DNA of 19,226 bases, taken from contig JBDLRP010000010.1 of the NCBI GenBank assembly GCA_039799905.1, forward strand, positions 1 to 19,226, in the 5' to 3' direction. This stretch comes from Pseudomonadota bacterium (GTDB lineage Bacteria; Bdellovibrionota_B; Oligoflexia; Silvanigrellales; Silvanigrellaceae). Made by a program: the position numbers and the translations under genes. Under the pieces are notes generated by a model, which had not been told where the DNA came from, made no database searches, and was given only the letters and a program-made list of their open reading frames with translations. Of this stretch, positions 14,987 through 19,226 are shown in pieces (position 1 is the first letter of the stretch; every line of letters starts with the position of its first letter).

Positions 14987-15799
14987 ATGAATTCTTTCTT
15001 GTGGCGCGTTGTTGCGTCTGCTGTTGCGTCAGTTTCTGTTTCTGCCTTTGCATTTGATTTCGGTGCTGCCGATGCACTGTTCCAGCAACGCGAGCAGGGG
15101 CCCGTCAAGATTGCCGAGGCGCGTGCCGCTTACGCGACCGGTCTGACCAACCTCAATGGTGCTGAAAAGATTTATGCCGTCGAACAACTTTCGCGGCTTG
15201 ATTACTTCGAAGGTCTCATTCTCGGTGATCAGGGCAACAAAGATGCCCGCAAAGCCATCTATAACCGCTGCCTCGACACTGTGGAAAACAACATTTCACC
15301 TGCCAAAGTCGGACCGACGCCGCAGTACTACTACTGGAAGGCGAGTTGTCTGGCGCTGTGGGGAAACGCCAATGGTGTTTCTGCCTCATTGGGTCGGATC
15401 CCCGAGCTGCTCCGTCTCATCAATGACGGACTGACGACCGACAACCGTTACGAAGGCGGGGGCGTCAGTCGGCTTGCGTCTGCAGTCTATCTCAAAATTC
15501 CCGAAATCTTCGGCGGCGGCGTGGACAAATCCTTCGAATTCAGCACGCGCGCTTTGTCTTCTCAGGCTTTTCCGGGTTCGGAAAGTCCGGAAACTGCCAC
15601 AGGCGACTACTTCTTCAACGTGTATGACCATCGCGCACAGGCGCTGGCAAAGAAAGGTCGTAAGGCCGAGGCAGTTGCTCTGCTTAAGGAAGCGATTGAG
15701 CGCATCGACTCTGGTGATCTTCCTGTTGGACGTGAGCCCGAGACCCGTCTGCACAAGCGTGACCTGGAAGCGACGCTTGCGTCTCTCCAATCTCTATAA
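14987..15799 (+). CDS. Secreted TPR-like protein, TRAP transporter T-component (TatT)-like
   Basis: SD GGAGG (14976-14980) precedes ATG 14987. Sec signal ending SAFA. All-helical protein; YYWKA...LWG and Y.GGG..R....YLKIPEIFGGGVDKS...RAL are typical of TatT-like TPR proteins. Confidence 0.65.
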   Translation: MNSFLWRVVASAVASVSVSAFAFDFGAADALFQQREQGPVKIAEARAAYATGLTNLNGAEKIYAVEQLSRLDYFEGLILGDQGNKDARKAIYNRCLDTVENNISPAKVGPTPQYYYWKASCLALWGNANGVSASLGRIPELLRLINDGLTTDNRYEGGGVSRLASAVYLKIPEIFGGGVDKSFEFSTRALSSQAFPGSESPETATGDYFFNVYDHRAQALAKKGRKAEAVALLKEAIERIDSGDLPVGREPETRLHKRDLEATLASLQSL

Positions 15800-15811
15800 G
15801 TTGACTTACTC

Positions 15812-15839
15812 GGGCTGATCGGTTGATCAGCCTTTTTTT
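15812..15839 (+). terminator. Intrinsic terminator
   Basis: GGCTGATC-GGTT-GATCAGCC followed by 7 T, starting 13 nt after the stop at 15799. Confidence 0.85.
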
Positions 15840-15877
15840 CTGAACGGAAAAATTTTTATTTTTGTTGCGGGTGATCC

Positions 15878-17116
15878 ATGCTCCGTAGACTTTCGTTACC
15901 ATTTTTATCATTTTGCGCCGTTTTGTCGCCTGCAGCATTTGCTGCCGAGGATGCAAAGGTTATGCCGGCCAAGATTCGGCGCGTGACGTTGCGTTATGTG
16001 GGGACAGACATCAGCGAAAAGACCGATGGCGGTTTCAATGCAGTTCCCCTCAGCAAGCCACTCAACAAGGCGCTGACATTCAATGACATCCTCAAAGGTG
16101 AAAAAGATCCCGTTAAGAACGCTCTGACGGCCGGATTTTTAATAGCCGAAGGATTCAACGCCGGCGATGCCGTTGGTTATTTCGCGGCAGACGTCAAAAC
16201 TCGCGTGCAGGTCACAGCTCCTATTTTTACACTGGGTGCTACGCCACGCACGACCCTCGCGGTTGCCGTGCCTGTTTACCAGATGCAGACCGCTGCCGAA
16301 GTTTCGTTTCAAGCAAACGATATGGGGCAAAAGTTCATCAACGCATTGTCTTCAGACTACAACAACCAGTCAGCATCGGCGCGCGAGGCGGCTGCCAAAC
16401 TGAACGATGCTGTCAGCCGTCTGAACACCAAGCTTGCAGACAACGGATACCGCACTCTGCAAAATTGGAGCGGGCAGGGGCTTGGTGACACTCAGCTAGT
16501 TCTCAAAAACCGCAGCTTTGAAGCTGATGCGTTTGCTCTCGCAACTCAGGCGACCGTGACGGCACCAACGGGCCGCATCGATGACCCTGACAACCTGCTC
16601 GACAAGGGCTTTGGTGACGGACAATGGGACGTCACTGTTGGCGCAGTCACGGAAGAATCTTTGGGCGGAGTTGTCGAAGGTCTTTCGCTGTCTCAGTTCG
16701 TCCGTTACACCGACCAGCTCCCTGGTCAGCGCACAATTCGCCTTGTCACAGCTTCAGAGACAATCGAAGTTCCAAAACAGCGCGTGACATTTGATTTGGG
16801 AAATCGCCTCGAGACAGGTGCAGCAGCAATGCTTTCAACACAAAGCGGCTGGGGCGGCGCGATGGGTTACAACTATATGTACAAATCTTCGGATCGCTAC
16901 GAGGCAAATCCTGATACGCGCTCTGTTCTTGAGCGTGACACAATCGAAACTCAACATCAGGCCGAGGCAGAACTCGTCTATTCGGGCGTTCCGGCTTTCA
17001 GGCGCGGTTCCATTCCTGTGCCGTTTGAAGTCAAGTTTGCATACAAAAGGCAGCTGAGCAGCCGCAATATGCCAGTGACTCACCAAGTCCAAATTGATAC
17101 CGGCGTGTTCTTCTGA
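15878..17116 (+). CDS. Outer-membrane beta-barrel protein, COG4313/MetA-pathway (SphA-like) transporter type
   Basis: Signal peptide ending AAFA. Segments LAVAVP, GLGDTQLVLK and TAPTG...GFGDGQWD, alternating amphipathic strands, and a C-terminal BAM-type signal VQIDTGVFF. Confidence 0.65.
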   Translation: MLRRLSLPFLSFCAVLSPAAFAAEDAKVMPAKIRRVTLRYVGTDISEKTDGGFNAVPLSKPLNKALTFNDILKGEKDPVKNALTAGFLIAEGFNAGDAVGYFAADVKTRVQVTAPIFTLGATPRTTLAVAVPVYQMQTAAEVSFQANDMGQKFINALSSDYNNQSASAREAAAKLNDAVSRLNTKLADNGYRTLQNWSGQGLGDTQLVLKNRSFEADAFALATQATVTAPTGRIDDPDNLLDKGFGDGQWDVTVGAVTEESLGGVVEGLSLSQFVRYTDQLPGQRTIRLVTASETIEVPKQRVTFDLGNRLETGAAAMLSTQSGWGGAMGYNYMYKSSDRYEANPDTRSVLERDTIETQHQAEAELVYSGVPAFRRGSIPVPFEVKFAYKRQLSSRNMPVTHQVQIDTGVFF

Positions 17117-17140
17117 ATCACTGCAGCCGAGGAAAAACTC

Positions 17141-19081
17141 ATGAGACTCTTCAAAGAAATAATCGCAGATCGTTTGTTTATGTTTACAATAGTCACGGCT
17201 GTTGCACTGACGGCATGTTCAGAAGTGACTGCGCGCAAGCCAGCACCAAAGACACTCACAGTTCCAGAGCGGCCCAGCGGCACGGGGTTCGGACTCTCAG
17301 GCGAGACCCCTTCGGGCCTTTTTCGCGGTGGTCTGCTGATCTGGTCGCCTGAAGTGAACGCAGGACAAATTGAGACGCTGCTCCGTGCCACACGTGAGAC
17401 GAACGAAAAATATGTTGCGCTGAATCGTTATTTCACGAGCTTTCAGGAGAAGGAAGTCAATCCTCTCAAACGCAGCATCGAAGATAAAAAGTCACGCTAT
17501 GCCGTGTTGAAGTCTGAATCGGACGAGCGCTCGGCGGCAACTCAAATCCAGCGTGCTTCGGTTTGGTTTGCGCAGGAAACCGACGCTCTGCGTCAACGGT
17601 TTCCCGCATTGGATGTCGCCCGCAGCGAAGCGGTATTTCGCTCCTATTGCGAGGCAAAAATTGTTGACCTTGCCACCCGTTCGTTTTTACCGACAACCAA
17701 GTTTCGCAGCCGGCCGACTCCCTCTGCGATTTGCGAGCCTTTTTATCAGGGGCGCTTTTTTACGGGAGAAAGTTGTCAGGCTGATTCATCAGGACGCAAT
17801 TATTATGATTGCATTTGGAAAGAGGGTGTCCTGAAGACTGCTTTTGCACAACGTATACAAATCAGGGTTGCCTCGACGCTGGTTGGTACCAAAGCGGCAT
17901 CTGTTTTGAGTCTGTCGGAGTTTTCCACGTTGCCGATTGTCAAGGACGCACTGGCGTTGAACGACGTGCAGTTTTGCACAGCTTCGCTGATGCGCAGCAA
18001 AATCCTCTCGGGCGTGAAATACCGGGTGCTAGCCAACGGCAACATCATCGGCGGATTTACCTGCGGTGAAAATTCCCGCTTCGAAATCAGCTATGGTGTT
18101 GGTGAATGGGACAAAGAATTGGCCAAATCATCCGCCGGCTTTTTGATCGATTCGGTGGAGGTTCGTCAGGCTTCAAATCAATTGCCTGCTGAATTTCAGT
18201 GGGTCGCACCCGAGGTCGCAGCAGCCGATCGCGAACTGGCCGCAGCTGTGCAGTCAGTTGTTTCAAAAGTAGCCCTGTTCCACGCCGGCGTGGGGGGATG
18301 CAACGGCGAATTCAATTCTCCCAACGACGTTTATTTCAATGATGCGCGACTGTCCGACGGTGTCTCGTTGCAAGGACAGTGCAAAAGTATGCTGCCGCCT
18401 TTAGACAGTATCCCTGGTGTCATTGTGGTTGATCAGGATTTGGAAAAGATGCGCCTTGATCTTGGCGCGCTGGAACGCGATTTGGCAGGCCTGAAAGGAA
18501 ATTCCTGTCCGGTCTCGCCGTCCTGCGAAGGAGTTGCCGCCGGACACGCACGTTGTGACTTCCTCAACGCGCAGGTGCGCAAGGCGGCTGCAGCAGAGGC
18601 GAGAGGGGTGGCCAGCGTTTTGGTAACCGACTTCGCGCTTTCCTTCGAGCGTGCTTCTCCGACTGCAACAACCGTGGTTGTTTGGATGAACAACGCTGCA
18701 GTAGGTGTGGGTTGTGTCGGTGAAGCCAAGTTGGGAGTCTGCACCGGTTCGACAACGAATCAGGGTTTGTCGTCTGCCGCTCCCGTGCAGGCGGAGATTT
18801 CAAAAAACGAAGAACTGGTTTTAAAATTGAAGATTGATTCTCGGCAAATGTCGTCAGCAGGTGTGCCCGAAAGTGTCGTAAGACAGTTTGTCGCATTCAA
18901 CGACATGCAGCTCGAAATAAATGCCAGCATCAACAGTTTCGATGGTGTTGTGCCTTATTTGTCCGGAAAGGCGTTCGTGCGTTCGGAAGACGGCGGCAAG
19001 CCTCTGGCCGAAGGCAGTGTTTCTTATCTGATTGAAAATTCCTTTGATCGTAAGCTTGGCGAGTTCTGTTCGGTCAACTGA
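17141..19081 (+). CDS. Large cysteine-rich lipoprotein of unknown function (646 aa)
   Basis: SD GAGGA precedes ATG 17141. Lipobox LTAC (Cys26), 14 further Cys, two coiled-coil-like segments and a beta-rich C-terminus. No family recognised. Confidence 0.8.
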   Translation: MRLFKEIIADRLFMFTIVTAVALTACSEVTARKPAPKTLTVPERPSGTGFGLSGETPSGLFRGGLLIWSPEVNAGQIETLLRATRETNEKYVALNRYFTSFQEKEVNPLKRSIEDKKSRYAVLKSESDERSAATQIQRASVWFAQETDALRQRFPALDVARSEAVFRSYCEAKIVDLATRSFLPTTKFRSRPTPSAICEPFYQGRFFTGESCQADSSGRNYYDCIWKEGVLKTAFAQRIQIRVASTLVGTKAASVLSLSEFSTLPIVKDALALNDVQFCTASLMRSKILSGVKYRVLANGNIIGGFTCGENSRFEISYGVGEWDKELAKSSAGFLIDSVEVRQASNQLPAEFQWVAPEVAAADRELAAAVQSVVSKVALFHAGVGGCNGEFNSPNDVYFNDARLSDGVSLQGQCKSMLPPLDSIPGVIVVDQDLEKMRLDLGALERDLAGLKGNSCPVSPSCEGVAAGHARCDFLNAQVRKAAAAEARGVASVLVTDFALSFERASPTATTVVVWMNNAAVGVGCVGEAKLGVCTGSTTNQGLSSAAPVQAEISKNEELVLKLKIDSRQMSSAGVPESVVRQFVAFNDMQLEINASINSFDGVVPYLSGKAFVRSEDGGKPLAEGSVSYLIENSFDRKLGEFCSVN

Positions 19082-19083
19082 GT

Positions 19084-19110
19084 CGGCGGATTCGCCCTCA
19101 ACATCCGCCG
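19084..19110. terminator. GC-rich hairpin between convergent genes (possible terminator or mRNA end)
   Basis: Perfect 8-bp stem CGGCGGAT-N11-ATCCGCCG starting 3 nt after stop 19081. No U tract. Confidence 0.35.
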
Positions 19111-19226
19111 GTAGACTTCTTGTCTCCTGAATTTTCATCGACAGGTTCGGGCAGCGGGGTCACGCTCGCTCCACCTGAAGTCGGCTCGCCGTTGACTGTC
19201 GAGAGAACCCCAAGCGGCAGCCCGCC
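19098..19226 (-). CDS. Probable C-terminal end of a convergent gene (partial; ...GGLPLGVLSTVNGEPTSGGASVTPLPEPVDENSGDKKSTGGC*)
   Basis: The minus frame is open from the window edge to TGA at 19098-19100 and ends 16 nt from the stop of the lipoprotein gene. Composition is linker-like. Confidence 0.5.
   Translation of the reverse strand, partial: GGLPLGVLSTVNGEPTSGGASVTPLPEPVDENSGDKKSTGGC

Noticed and set aside
10704..19226. Genomic island integrated at tRNA-Asn
   Set aside because: There is no integrase, I found no duplicate of the tRNA 3' end in the window, and the tRNA has its own terminator directly downstream.
1..19226. CRISPR arrays, IS elements, tandem DNA repeats, defence systems and the remaining short ORFs in the track
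   Set aside because: I saw no repeat-spacer pattern and no transposase, integrase or nuclease motifs. The short ORFs lie within or antisense to well-supported genes.

Overview
Gene-dense bacterial chromosomal window with no recognisable mobile element or CRISPR array. The many large secreted and lipoprotein hypotheticals, the GldAFG-DUF4340 operon and the TGase-elicitor lipoprotein suggest a Bdellovibrionota/Oligoflexia- or myxobacteria-like organism; this is inference only. Gene order: partial phnE-type permease (+), lipB (+), secreted beta-rich protein (-), divergent membrane-anchored HEAT-like helical protein (+), ACT-less aspartate kinase (-), single-domain response regulator (-), GldA/GldF/GldG-like ABC operon with DUF4340 and a degenerate NrtR-like regulator (+), tRNA-Asn(GTT), membrane sensor with a degenerate PP2C/SpoIIE domain (-), TGase_elicitor-family lipoprotein, TatT-like TPR protein, COG4313-like outer-membrane barrel, Cys-rich lipoprotein (all +), and the probable 3' end of a convergent gene. 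The most interesting signal is the divergent pair at 1026-3587. The HEAT-like protein follows the motif order of the alpha-helical domain of large lipid transfer proteins (apoB/MTP/vitellogenin), and its partner resembles their C-terminal lipid-binding beta-sheet. Together they suggest a split bacterial LLTP-like lipid-transfer system. All family assignments come from manual motif recognition, not database searches.
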